Source: Candidatus Saccharimonadales bacterium
Lineage (GTDB): Bacteria; Patescibacteriota; Saccharimonadia; Saccharimonadales; DATKHC01
Direction: 5' to 3'
Assembly: GCA_035510465.1 (NCBI GenBank)
Contig: DATKHC010000010.1
Span: forward strand, 22,036-86,035
Length of the DNA: 64,000 nt
Of this stretch, positions 32,371 to 42,051 are shown piece by piece. Numbering within the stretch: position 1 is the first letter of the stretch; every line of letters begins with the position of its first letter. A model generated the notes under the pieces. The model ran no database searches, was not told where the DNA came from, and worked only from the letters and a program-made list of their open reading frames with translations. Position numbers and translations under genes: made by a program.

Positions 32371-32939
32371 GTAATCAACTCTGTGACCGCTGATGGTTCC
32401 ATGTCTGGATAGTCAGTGTACCTTGTGAACTTTTGGTGTTTTTTCCATAAGCCTTCGAGTTCGCCTTTTGAGACAGCTTTTTTAGATAAATACCACGCTA
32501 GCTTAGCTGTGCCTTTTTTATTATCCTTAAGCTCAAGTTCAAAAAGTTTTGTGACTTTTATTGGCTTTCTGTACGAAACCCGATAAAGCACTAAGTTGTT
32601 GGAGTTAGTAATCACAACCCAATTTAGGCCTAGACCAAGAGCGTAAGCAAGTGCCTGCGAAAGGTGTTGAGGTGACAACTTAGTATTAAGCGGTTTAACC
32701 TCGATCACAAATATCTGCTTACCCATTATTTCGACTAGATAGTCGGCAAAACCTCCGCCAATATGTGGTTCAATTTTTATATCTACAAGCTCTTTGTAGC
32801 CTAGCACATCTGTTAATAGATGGTTTACAAGTATCCTGGTCGATGATTCAGATAGATTATCTAGCTGTTTGTTTAAATAAAAACGTCGGTAGCGATTTAG
32901 TTTTCCTGTTATACCCGCATCTGTGGGTGATAGGATCAT
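32367..32939 (-). CDS. Stand-alone HsdR N-terminal-like PD-(D/E)xK nuclease domain protein
   Basis: ADY...IEVK...QA..YA....W...TN. Confidence 0.72.
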   Translation of the reverse strand: MILSPTDAGITGKLNRYRRFYLNKQLDNLSESSTRILVNHLLTDVLGYKELVDIKIEPHIGGGFADYLVEIMGKQIFVIEVKPLNTKLSPQHLSQALAYALGLGLNWVVITNSNNLVLYRVSYRKPIKVTKLFELELKDNKKGTAKLAWYLSKKAVSKGELEGLWKKHQKFTRYTDYPDMEPSAVTELIT

Positions 32940-33019
32940 AACTTGCGCCTCTTAACCGAGTTTTATTCGGTCTAAAAAGATACGTTAACATGCTTTTGCT
33001 CAAATTGCAAGTTATAAAC

Positions 33020-34120
33020 CTTGCAATCTAGCCCGAAGTGCAACGTAAACACTAACAACTAAAAAGCACCTCTGCTCAGATCTTGTAGACTAGTGGTTGT
33101 AACACAACTAAATACAAGGAGAACAGAGATGCACTTTCATCTTACACAACAACAACGTATAGAGCTAAGCCTTTTGCTTAAGCTCGGTCACACGCAACAT
33201 AATATTGCACTGGTACTAGGAGTTAACCCAAGTACCATAAGCCGGGAGCTAGGTCGGAATCGTAGAGCTAGCGGCATATACCATCCGGCTTCGGCTAGAT
33301 TGAGAGCTGGCACACGACGAGCAAATGCCAATGCTCTACGTACTAAGCTACTGGCAAATATACAGCTAGCAGAAGCTGTAGAGCGTAAACTCATTCGTAA
33401 TGATTCACCAGACCAAATAGCTGGTTGGATGCGCGACACCAAACGGAGAGTCAGGGTTTGTGCTCAAACTATCTATGACTGGGTATACTTGCATGCTCGG
33501 CATTTACTGAAACACCTTCATTGCCGTAAAGGTAAGTACCGTCTAACTAGAGAAACTGCTCTTAAGAAAGCTTTTAGGGATAAGCTGAAAGAAGCTAGGC
33601 GTATTAGCGCTAGACCAGCCCATATCCAACGACGAAGTCGGTATGGCCATTGGGAAGGAGATACGGTTGTTGGCAAAGGCCATAGTGGCTGTATTGCTAC
33701 ATTCGTGGAACGCAAGAGTGGTTATCTAATGGCGGTTAAGTTGGCTCGAGGGACAGCCAAGAATTTTGAGGTAGCTGCAGAGCGTAGTTTTGCTGTCATT
33801 ACCAAAAGCTACCGCAAAACCCTAACCCTAGACAATGGCGCTGAGATGAGCAACTACGAGGAAATTGAACTAAGTACTGGTTTACGGATTTACTTTGCTC
33901 AACCCTATCATTCGTGGGAGAGAGGTACTAACGAGAATACCAATGGATTACTTAGGTTCTACTTCCCAAAGCAAATGAGGCTTGAAAGTATTACTCAAGA
34001 AATGCTTGACGTAGCCGTCAAGCAGCTAAATACTAGACCAAGGAAACGACTAGGCTACAAGACACCAGAGCAAGTCTTTAAGTTAAAAAGGTAATGTTAC
34101 GATTCGGGTTGGAATCTAAG
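33020..34120 (+). mobile_element. IS30 family insertion sequence
   Basis: Imperfect terminal inverted repeats CTTGCAATCTAGCCCGAAGTGCAAC (33020) and GTTACGATTCGGGTTGGAATCTAAG (ending 34120) enclosing the transposase. Confidence 0.85.
33129..34094 (+). CDS. IS30 family transposase
   Basis: STISRELGRN HTH, GHWEGDTV, DNGAE, WERGTNENTNGLLR, RPRKRLGYKTP; AGGAG before ATG 33129. Confidence 0.95.
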   Translation: MHFHLTQQQRIELSLLLKLGHTQHNIALVLGVNPSTISRELGRNRRASGIYHPASARLRAGTRRANANALRTKLLANIQLAEAVERKLIRNDSPDQIAGWMRDTKRRVRVCAQTIYDWVYLHARHLLKHLHCRKGKYRLTRETALKKAFRDKLKEARRISARPAHIQRRSRYGHWEGDTVVGKGHSGCIATFVERKSGYLMAVKLARGTAKNFEVAAERSFAVITKSYRKTLTLDNGAEMSNYEEIELSTGLRIYFAQPYHSWERGTNENTNGLLRFYFPKQMRLESITQEMLDVAVKQLNTRPRKRLGYKTPEQVFKLKR

Positions 34121-34153
34121 GTTTAGTCGGAACCTAGTAACTCAGATGTAAAA

Positions 34154-34810
34154 TTATTTTTTGTTTTTAAGCATATCTTCCACATATCCACTAAAGAGTT
34201 CCTCCAAAGAACGACTCCTAAATGTCCTCTGGCTCTGATCACCAAAACCACCAATGTACTCACCGATTGAAATATACTTTCCATTAGGAACATGAGGGCC
34301 ACTTGGGATCGTCCCAGCACCATGAGCAAAACTATGGCCGGCAGGGAAGATGAGGCTACTTCTAAAACAGCGTAGCTTGCCGTCATTACAGATATATACA
34401 GTGACACCACCAAATGCGCGATTTGATGCGTTTTGTATGTTTGTTAATTCACCTATTGGATAGCCTGTGCCTTGCCACAGAGTGAACCATCTGGATCTTT
34501 TTAGAAAATGTCTAACCGGACCTGGCGCCCAAGATCCTGATCTTATAGCTTGTTCATTTAAAGAACGCCCGGATTTAGGTTTCTCTAACTTAAGATTCTT
34601 AGCTCCATAAAAACCATGCTTGGACATGAAATCTATAAATTCCTGTGCTATCTTGGCATTTTCGGCACCCAGAAGATCCTTTGGTTGATTACCCCTGAAA
34701 TCATCACTAACTGATTGCAAGTATTTCTTGCGTTTTTTATTCAACTCTTTTTGTTCTTGTTGCGATTTTTTGAAATTAGCTTTAAATTCATCAAATCGAT
34801 TTCGAGCCAT
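34154..34810 (-). CDS. Hypothetical protein
   Basis: 218-codon ORF with a coiled N-terminus; no motif recognised. Confidence 0.6.
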   Translation of the reverse strand: MARNRFDEFKANFKKSQQEQKELNKKRKKYLQSVSDDFRGNQPKDLLGAENAKIAQEFIDFMSKHGFYGAKNLKLEKPKSGRSLNEQAIRSGSWAPGPVRHFLKRSRWFTLWQGTGYPIGELTNIQNASNRAFGGVTVYICNDGKLRCFRSSLIFPAGHSFAHGAGTIPSGPHVPNGKYISIGEYIGGFGDQSQRTFRSRSLEELFSGYVEDMLKNKK

Positions 34811-34998
34811 CTTTAGTAACCTCGTTAATGGCTACATTACACCTTATTATCGGGAATTCTACAAGTGTTTAAAAAAAGGATTTAACATTCTATATAATAA
34901 CCTTGATGTTGGTAGTATATTATGGTATAAATATTATGCTATAGAGCACCCTTTATGGGTGTTTTTTAAGCGCTCATTAACAAAGGAAATCTGTAATG

Positions 34999-35053
34999 TC
35001 CAGTAAAGCTTACCCGGTTTGTGCATCCTACGAACCAAGTGAGCTTTACTGGA
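34999..35053. other. Long hairpin upstream of the SPFH gene
   Basis: Perfect 12-bp inverted repeat TCCAGTAAAGCT/AGCTTTACTGGA with inner pairing GGTTTGT/ACGAACC. Confidence 0.7.
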
Positions 35054-35082
35054 AATAAAAACTACAACGGGAGGTACATAAA

Positions 35083-36024
35083 GTGCCAGGGTTATTCGTT
35101 TTCGCGATAGTGATCTTCATCATCGCGGTCATTCTGTTTCTCATCGGCAAGGGTCTCAGAAAACGGGGTTCAAGCGATGACACCAAGGACGCTGCCCCGA
35201 TGCTTTACATAGTCGGAGCTGCCGTTCTTGCCTTCGGGCTTTTGCTTACGTTTTTCTCGTCGTATACCACGGTATCGACTAAGAACGTCGGCATTACAAC
35301 TGCCTTCGGGAGAACGGTCGGGCACCTGTCCAACGGGCTTCATTTCATAGCCCCATGGGAGCAGGTGACGGAAATGGACGCCGCGATTCAGGCAGACTCC
35401 TATACGGGAGACAACTGCCTGAACGTACGCATCGCCAATCAGCAGAACGCCTGCGTCAACGTGTCAATCCGTTGGAGGATCAAGTTCGCTCAGGCCGACG
35501 ACCTGTTCCAGAACTACCGAACCTTCGAAAACGTGAGAGACTCACTGGTCACGAGAGAGCTGACGGCGGCGGTCAACAATCAGTTGTCCAACTACAATCC
35601 GCTCAACTCGATCTTGATCCAGGTCCCGACGGGCAATAACTACCCGACGAATCCGAGCCTCACCAAGGTCGCGCACGCTGTCACCCGGCAGATGCGATCT
35701 GAAATTGGCTCCGATATCGACGTCATCAACACGATCATTCCGATCATGACGTTCGACCCGGCTACCCAGGCAAGGCTCAACCAGCTGCAACAGCAGGAAG
35801 CTTTGACACGGGTTGCCATCGCATCGGATCAGACCAACGAAGCTCAGGCCGCAGCTAACCAGGCCCTGGCTCAGTCGGTCAACGACAGCCCAAATGTCCT
35901 GGTGGCGCAATGCATGTCAATTCTGTCGGAAATGGTCAAGAATGGCCAGTCGGTTCCGGCGGGATTCTCGTGTTGGCCGGGTGGTGGCGTCACTGGCGTT
36001 ATTGCCAACGCAACCACGAAGTAG
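35083..36024 (+). CDS. SPFH/Band-7 domain membrane protein, GC-rich
   Basis: Two TMs, VGI.T.FG.....L.NGLHF..PW; GGGAGG RBS. Confidence 0.82.
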   Translation: MPGLFVFAIVIFIIAVILFLIGKGLRKRGSSDDTKDAAPMLYIVGAAVLAFGLLLTFFSSYTTVSTKNVGITTAFGRTVGHLSNGLHFIAPWEQVTEMDAAIQADSYTGDNCLNVRIANQQNACVNVSIRWRIKFAQADDLFQNYRTFENVRDSLVTRELTAAVNNQLSNYNPLNSILIQVPTGNNYPTNPSLTKVAHAVTRQMRSEIGSDIDVINTIIPIMTFDPATQARLNQLQQQEALTRVAIASDQTNEAQAAANQALAQSVNDSPNVLVAQCMSILSEMVKNGQSVPAGFSCWPGGGVTGVIANATTK

Positions 36025-36192
36025 CTCTGGGTGAGGGAAATGACCGTGGGGCGGTTCCAGATTCTGGGCCGTCCTACAGTCTACCCTCCCAGCTACAGCA
36101 TTTCCCTTTGTTTAATTCACTCAATAACTGTTCGGTTATTCTGATGAGTCCAATAGGACGAAAGTGAATATCGATATCCAAGATGTCTAGGC

Positions 36193-36795
36193 TCACACCG
36201 ATTGATCGCTATTCAAGAGTGGAGATCCTTCATGAAGGAAGGGCTGCTCATATGGCAGGTTGAGAGGAGAGTTAGGACTTATATTACCGTTTGGCAGACT
36301 GGACACTGGAGTCGAGTGGATGGCTTGGTGTGGTTGGGGCACTGTCGGAACGGACATTGGTTGAGGCTGTGGTGCGTAACCCTGTGGGTTCATATAGCCC
36401 TGGTACGCGCGTACTTCTAAAACTTTCTGTTGTGTGTGATTAAGAATCATCCTTAGCCTGTGGTGATTCCATGAGCTGAAGATTAAAACTTTATTGGACG
36501 TATAAATATGGATTGTCGAGTTGAGTAGGCGGTAGTTTAACAGCACCTCTTGGATCATGCTGTAGGAAATGGCGTCCAGAGTCAGGAACATTGGCTTTCT
36601 GTCCACCAGAAGGAGTCTCTGGTCTGTCGCGACGAGTAGAGCGAAACCATTATCGTAATAGCCATTCAAGGCCTGTACGATGGTCTCACCGGGGGTTAAT
36701 ATATTACAAAGTTCTTTGACTTCAGCTCGGCCCCAAGAGCTAATCCTGCAACCTGCCTTCGCCAACTGGGCTTCGATATTTGATAAAGCTATCAT
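36193..36795 (-). CDS. Bacterial PH-domain-like protein with Pro-rich tail
   Basis: L.PGE.I....NG....ALLVATDQRLL.VD; GGGGAGG RBS. Confidence 0.65.
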   Translation of the reverse strand: MIALSNIEAQLAKAGCRISSWGRAEVKELCNILTPGETIVQALNGYYDNGFALLVATDQRLLLVDRKPMFLTLDAISYSMIQEVLLNYRLLNSTIHIYTSNKVLIFSSWNHHRLRMILNHTQQKVLEVRAYQGYMNPQGYAPQPQPMSVPTVPQPHQAIHSTPVSSLPNGNISPNSPLNLPYEQPFLHEGSPLLNSDQSV

Positions 36796-36871
36796 ATACT
36801 TTTCCTCCCCTTAACAACTTAATCATAGGCTTCAAGAGAGAGCTTGTCCGTATTTTTACTCACCCAGACAA

Positions 36872-36887
36872 TGCGATTATTATCACA
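36872..36887. promoter_or_regulatory. Crp-box-like site
   Basis: TGCGA-N6-TCACA (9/10) upstream of the intact Crp-family gene. Confidence 0.55.
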
Positions 36888-36935
36888 CGCCGTCAGAAAT
36901 TAGCCAGAATTTACATCTTGTGACATAATAAATAT

Positions 36936-37586
36936 ATGTTGGCTTCCGAAGCCCAAAATTCTGCTTTGGTTGACTTGTTCAGAAGAGAAGGGAATAAGTT
37001 AACCTACAAAAAGGGAGAATTTGTAATTCGCCCGGGACAAGCTCCTACGGGCGTTTTTTATATCTCAAGTGGGATCGTAAAGGCATTTGATATCACAAAG
37101 TACGGTGAAGATAACATGCTGATCATCCGAAAAGAAAAAGAAATATTCCCGCTAATATGGGCTGTAACAGGGGAAGAGCGGCACATCATCTACGAGACTC
37201 TGTCCGATACTATTCTGTACCAGATTAGTAGAGACAAATTCGTAAAACATATGAGGAATAACCCTGAGATTCTGACTCCACTGCTTGATATGGTCACAGA
37301 AATGTATCGAATCCATTCAGAAAGAATTCTAAACCTTGAGTATAGAAGCGTAAGAGAACGAGTGATATCGTTCCTAATCGCAATGTCCAACCGTTTTTCT
37401 AGACCAGCTGCTAAGGGTGTGACTATAGACGTTCCTTTGCGGAGGCAAGATATAGCCAGCTCAATAAACGCCACAAGAGAAACGACCAGTCGTGAAATGG
37501 TCTACCTTGAAAAGCATGGGCTTGTTTCAAATAAAAACACCTACATCACGCTCATTGATATAGATAAGCTTCAATCTTTCTTGTAA
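36936..37586 (+). CDS. Crp/Fnr family transcriptional regulator
   Basis: cNMP domain plus HTH RQDIASSINATRETTSR. Confidence 0.92.
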   Translation: MLASEAQNSALVDLFRREGNKLTYKKGEFVIRPGQAPTGVFYISSGIVKAFDITKYGEDNMLIIRKEKEIFPLIWAVTGEERHIIYETLSDTILYQISRDKFVKHMRNNPEILTPLLDMVTEMYRIHSERILNLEYRSVRERVISFLIAMSNRFSRPAAKGVTIDVPLRRQDIASSINATRETTSREMVYLEKHGLVSNKNTYITLIDIDKLQSFL

Positions 37587-37663
37587 TAAAGCTACGCTAA
37601 GTTAGGTTTCCGGGCTCAGAAATGGCAAAATAATGTTAGTGTTTTTAATAGCAAAATTACCTG

Positions 37664-40180
37664 ATGCAAGCTAAATCTATCCTTAATTTATCAGCAGAAG
37701 AAGTAATAACAGAGCTTAAGACTTCTCATGACGGATTAACTTCATCTGAAGCTAGAATTCGCCTGGAGAAAAATGGGCCCAATTTACTAAAATCCAGTTC
37801 TACCACTGGACCTGGCAAGCTCTTACTTAGGCAATTCAAAAGTTCTCTTATTTATTTACTCGTCGTAGCATGCTTAATCTCTTTTGGCCTGCGTGATTTC
37901 AGTGACGGTTTCATAATCCTGTCAATCTTAATAATCAATACTGGGCTTGGATTTTACCAGGAATTCCGATCTGAAAACGCTGTCGCTAAACTACAGAAAC
38001 TTATCATGAGGGAAATACTGGTTAAACGCGACGGTCGGGAGGCATTAACGAATGAGGCTGACCTAGTAATAGGTGATCTGGTTGTTTTAAGGGAAGGGGA
38101 TATTGTACCAGCTGACATTAGACTAGTTGAAGTTAACGAGCTAAGCGTAAACGAATCACAAATTACTGGCGAGTCTTTACCTGTATCCAAGACAAGGTCT
38201 GGCAAAGATTCAATTTTATACACCGGAAGCACAGTTGAGGGCGGCGAGGGTTTTGGCTATGTTTTCGCTACTGCATCACAAACCGAGCTCGGGAAAATAG
38301 CCAAGCTCGCGTCCTCAACAAAACGAACTACTCAATACGAAAAATCACTTTCATCGTTTAGTTCATTTCTTGTAAAAGTTACTTTTCTGATTTTGGCAGC
38401 AGTTTTTGTCCTTAAAGTCGTGGTAGACAGAGACGGCACTAGCATTGCTTCACTTGGTTTGTTCGTGATAGCTTTGTCGGTTGCTGTTGTCCCTGAGGTC
38501 ATGCCTGTTATCGCAACCGTTACGCTTTCAACAGGAGCAATGCGTTTAGCTCGCGCCCATGTTATCGCCAAGACTCTAACGGCTGTTGAAGATTTGGGTA
38601 ACATAACTGTGCTTTGCAGTGACAAAACAGGTACGTTAACAGAGAATAAGCAGAGAATTACACGGTTAGAGTCGGATAACCCAGAACTTTTCCAAACCGT
38701 TGCCATAGCGTCTCTTGAAACTTTAGATGAAAAACGTAAAAAATTTCAAAGCGCATTCGATCGAGCTTTTATAGATTTTGTACCCGAGAACATAAAGACT
38801 ACAGCTAACGGCTTCGAACGAGTTGAAGAACTTCCGTTTGATCCACGCTCCCGGAGGAGGGCAGTAATATACAAAAATGGCGATAAGTACTATCTAGCAG
38901 TCATTGGGGCGGTTGAAACTCTGTTAGAACTAACTAAAGATCACCGCACCAAAAACTACCGTAAGATCATAAAAAATGATGGTCAACAAGGCTTAAGACA
39001 CCTAGCAATCGCTTACAAGGCTATAAAATTCGAGTCTCACGATTTCGATATCGCAAAGCACGAAAAAGACCTTGAATTCTTAGGTTTTGTCGCCTTAGAA
39101 GACCCTCTTAGACCGACCGCTAAACACACTATCGAACTAGCAGAACAACTTGGCCTTAAAATTAAAATACTCTCCGGCGACAGTGTCGAAGTAACTAACT
39201 ACGTTGCCAGCAGGGTAGGATTGATTAAGCCAGGGCAGTTGGTTTACAGCGGCCCAGAGGTAGAAACATTCTCGGATGAGAAGCTTGGGGAAATACTCAA
39301 AACTAACAATGTCTTCGCAAGACTTAACCCTGAGCAGAAATTCCGAATTATTAAAATCTTAAAAGAACACGGCAATATTGTCGGTTACCAGGGCGATGGC
39401 ATAAACGATGCTCCAGCACTAAAACTGGCCGATGTTGCTGTTGCAGTTAGTGGCGCCACGGATGTCGCACAGGACAGTGCAGATATCTTACTGATTCGCA
39501 ACGATCTGGAAGTTCTAGTTAACGGTATTAGATATGGCAGAGTAATCTTCTCGAACATCAATAAATATATACGCTTCACTATGATTGCCAACTTTGGTAA
39601 CTTTTTCGCGTTGTCCGCCATTTATTTGGGTACATCAGCAGCCTTACCGCTCGTACCTATACAGTTAATCCTTACAAACCTACTCACCGATCTACCGACC
39701 ATCACTATTGCTACCGACAACGTCGGTCTGGAAGAGCTAACCCGGCCTAGTGTCTATAACATACGTGCACTTATGTTTGTGCCGATATTCCTTGGGATGA
39801 TAACTGCAATTTACGAGCTAATGTTCTTTACTTCGGTCTTCCACCAATCGACGTCAATTAAGCAAACTTGTCTTTATTTGTTCTTATCCCTTACGGGACT
39901 AATTGTTATCTTAGTTGTCCGAAATCGTGGACATTTTTGGCTGGCGCCAAAGCTTTCTACTCAACTTAAGTTGGCATTTACTATAGTCTTGTTTATAAGT
40001 GTAGCGATTATTTATATTTCAATCACTCGCAAGTTGTTCTATTTCGACCCAGTTAGTATTGCGATGCTTTCCTACACTGTTTTAGTTTCTGTGGCTTATT
40101 TATTTATCTTGGATGGTATCAAGGTCTGGTTTTTCCGAACCCGCTTAGGAGACAGCACCCGAGAAAATGCGTTAGCTTAA
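37664..40180 (+). CDS. P-type cation-transporting ATPase (MgtA-like)
   Basis: TGES, VPEVMP, DKTGTLT, GDGINDAP. Confidence 0.9.
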   Translation: MQAKSILNLSAEEVITELKTSHDGLTSSEARIRLEKNGPNLLKSSSTTGPGKLLLRQFKSSLIYLLVVACLISFGLRDFSDGFIILSILIINTGLGFYQEFRSENAVAKLQKLIMREILVKRDGREALTNEADLVIGDLVVLREGDIVPADIRLVEVNELSVNESQITGESLPVSKTRSGKDSILYTGSTVEGGEGFGYVFATASQTELGKIAKLASSTKRTTQYEKSLSSFSSFLVKVTFLILAAVFVLKVVVDRDGTSIASLGLFVIALSVAVVPEVMPVIATVTLSTGAMRLARAHVIAKTLTAVEDLGNITVLCSDKTGTLTENKQRITRLESDNPELFQTVAIASLETLDEKRKKFQSAFDRAFIDFVPENIKTTANGFERVEELPFDPRSRRRAVIYKNGDKYYLAVIGAVETLLELTKDHRTKNYRKIIKNDGQQGLRHLAIAYKAIKFESHDFDIAKHEKDLEFLGFVALEDPLRPTAKHTIELAEQLGLKIKILSGDSVEVTNYVASRVGLIKPGQLVYSGPEVETFSDEKLGEILKTNNVFARLNPEQKFRIIKILKEHGNIVGYQGDGINDAPALKLADVAVAVSGATDVAQDSADILLIRNDLEVLVNGIRYGRVIFSNINKYIRFTMIANFGNFFALSAIYLGTSAALPLVPIQLILTNLLTDLPTITIATDNVGLEELTRPSVYNIRALMFVPIFLGMITAIYELMFFTSVFHQSTSIKQTCLYLFLSLTGLIVILVVRNRGHFWLAPKLSTQLKLAFTIVLFISVAIIYISITRKLFYFDPVSIAMLSYTVLVSVAYLFILDGIKVWFFRTRLGDSTRENALA

Positions 40181-40198
40181 GCTATATGACGTCTGGGT

Positions 40199-42007
40199 TT
40201 AGCTACAAGCACGTGGATCCCAAGCGGATAGAGGTTGCATTGGGGCGCTTGCTGGTTCTAGCCCAGTGACGGCTATTGGCGCTGCGGGAGCGGCAGGAGT
40301 GGATGGAGTTGAAGAACTTGAGCTCGAAGCTGCTTTGCCGGGAGGAGCATTAACCGCAAGTCCAGTTCCTGTAAGTACTGTGACCTCCGAACTACTCGTA
40401 ACCTGGCCAGCATTTTCTGATAGTATAACTGGCCCCGTTAGCTGTCTAGCCACTGCTTCTGCGTCCGCTTCGGTACTCGGACCGGCGTAGTTAACAACGG
40501 TCTCTACGGCTTCTGAGCTCAGAGGCGTAGCAGTTTGAGGCTGCCCAACCACGTTAAATCCTAGAGCCTGTAGAGCTGTAGATGTCTGAGTAGCTTGACC
40601 TGATATACCACTGCCGTTTACTACACTAACACTGAATGATGCTGGAGTAGGCAGGGACTTGCCGGTCATAGTATCCGTAGAATTAGTTACCCCCAGAAAT
40701 TCGTTAATAACCTGTCGATCAACTGCCTCAGACGGGAAAACAACGTCACCATAGTCTGTGCCTCCGTATTCGTAGTCTCCGAAACTGGTGGTTGAAATTG
40801 GCAGGGTATACTGTGGTACGCTGTTTATATTTACGGTGTGGAATTCTAACCCAAGCTGTAACATTGCTGATGTTGAAAAGCCTGAGTCAACCTGGACTTG
40901 GGGTGCAATAGCATCAACTATTTTCTGGACCGTAAAAGGATTGCTTAGATTTTGAGCAGCAACCGTGCTAGCAAGTACCCGTAGGAACTCGTGAGTTCTA
41001 GCAATTCTTGCAATGTCACTTTCTGGCTCTTGTGGCCAAAGGTACTGCAGATTGGTGGTTACTCCTGGTGGTTTGTACTGCAAATGACGAGACCTAACGA
41101 CTTGCAGAGCTTCGACACCGTTAAGTAACTGACAACCTGCTGTCTTTACGTTAAGATACGAGTCAGAGTCATAAACTGGCATCGGAAAGTCCATTTTTAT
41201 CCCACCGACAGCATTTACGATATTGACGAAGCCGTCAAAGCCTACCTCGGCATAATGTTGAATAGGTATGCCAAAGTCTTCCTCTACTGCTTTAACAAGT
41301 TGCGTGGGTCCCTCGTAGAGTGCAGCATCAATTTTAAATGCTTGGTCACCAGACCGGGCGTTAGGCACAAATGTGTCACGCGGGATAGATAATAAACTTA
41401 TGCTATTTGTTTTTGGCACAATATGGACAATAAAAATAATGTCACTATTAACCCCGGTTACGCCTTGAGAACAGAAACCCCACTGAGCATTTTGGACTTT
41501 AAGGTTGCAACGGTTAGTCGAACCAGCAACTAAAATATTCTCAGCTCCGCCAACCGAAGTTGAAAGATTGCCAACGGCAAGGTGATTTACTTTGTGGTCT
41601 AACTGCCAAGCGTCCCAAGCCCCAAAACCAATCAGGCCAGCAATCAGAACTACCGCTCCCGTAACAATTCTTCTTCTCAAACTCCACTTATTTCTATCAC
41701 GCCCCCAGAAACGCAATAGTTTATTCTTTTTCTTACCTGGAGTTCTTTCACCACTAGACCTTTGCGCATATCTTGGGTTAGGAAGTGCCGTGTGGAGTAG
41801 AGAGTTTGACTGTTGATCAATCGCTTCAGCATGAGTTAGCGGTTTTTTTTCTGGCATACTGGCGAGACTATCATCTGAAACTGGAGTTTGACTTGAGTGA
41901 GCGGCATGAGGGTGAGATCCGCTATGTTTTACGGGAGACCTCAAAATCCCATCAACACTAGCATAGTGCGGCCGTCTTATTGGTCTGTCGTCTTTGTTGT
42001 CATTCAC
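40199..42007 (-). CDS. LCP family protein with LytR C-terminal domain
   Basis: NILVAG, NSD, SIPRD, VRSR, SDIARIAR, VVNGSG. Confidence 0.9.
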   Translation of the reverse strand: MNDNKDDRPIRRPHYASVDGILRSPVKHSGSHPHAAHSSQTPVSDDSLASMPEKKPLTHAEAIDQQSNSLLHTALPNPRYAQRSSGERTPGKKKNKLLRFWGRDRNKWSLRRRIVTGAVVLIAGLIGFGAWDAWQLDHKVNHLAVGNLSTSVGGAENILVAGSTNRCNLKVQNAQWGFCSQGVTGVNSDIIFIVHIVPKTNSISLLSIPRDTFVPNARSGDQAFKIDAALYEGPTQLVKAVEEDFGIPIQHYAEVGFDGFVNIVNAVGGIKMDFPMPVYDSDSYLNVKTAGCQLLNGVEALQVVRSRHLQYKPPGVTTNLQYLWPQEPESDIARIARTHEFLRVLASTVAAQNLSNPFTVQKIVDAIAPQVQVDSGFSTSAMLQLGLEFHTVNINSVPQYTLPISTTSFGDYEYGGTDYGDVVFPSEAVDRQVINEFLGVTNSTDTMTGKSLPTPASFSVSVVNGSGISGQATQTSTALQALGFNVVGQPQTATPLSSEAVETVVNYAGPSTEADAEAVARQLTGPVILSENAGQVTSSSEVTVLTGTGLAVNAPPGKAASSSSSSTPSTPAAPAAPIAVTGLEPASAPMQPLSAWDPRACS

Positions 42008-42051
42008 GGTTAAGTTTTATTATTCTATCACCGCAAACTTTCTGTGGCCAG

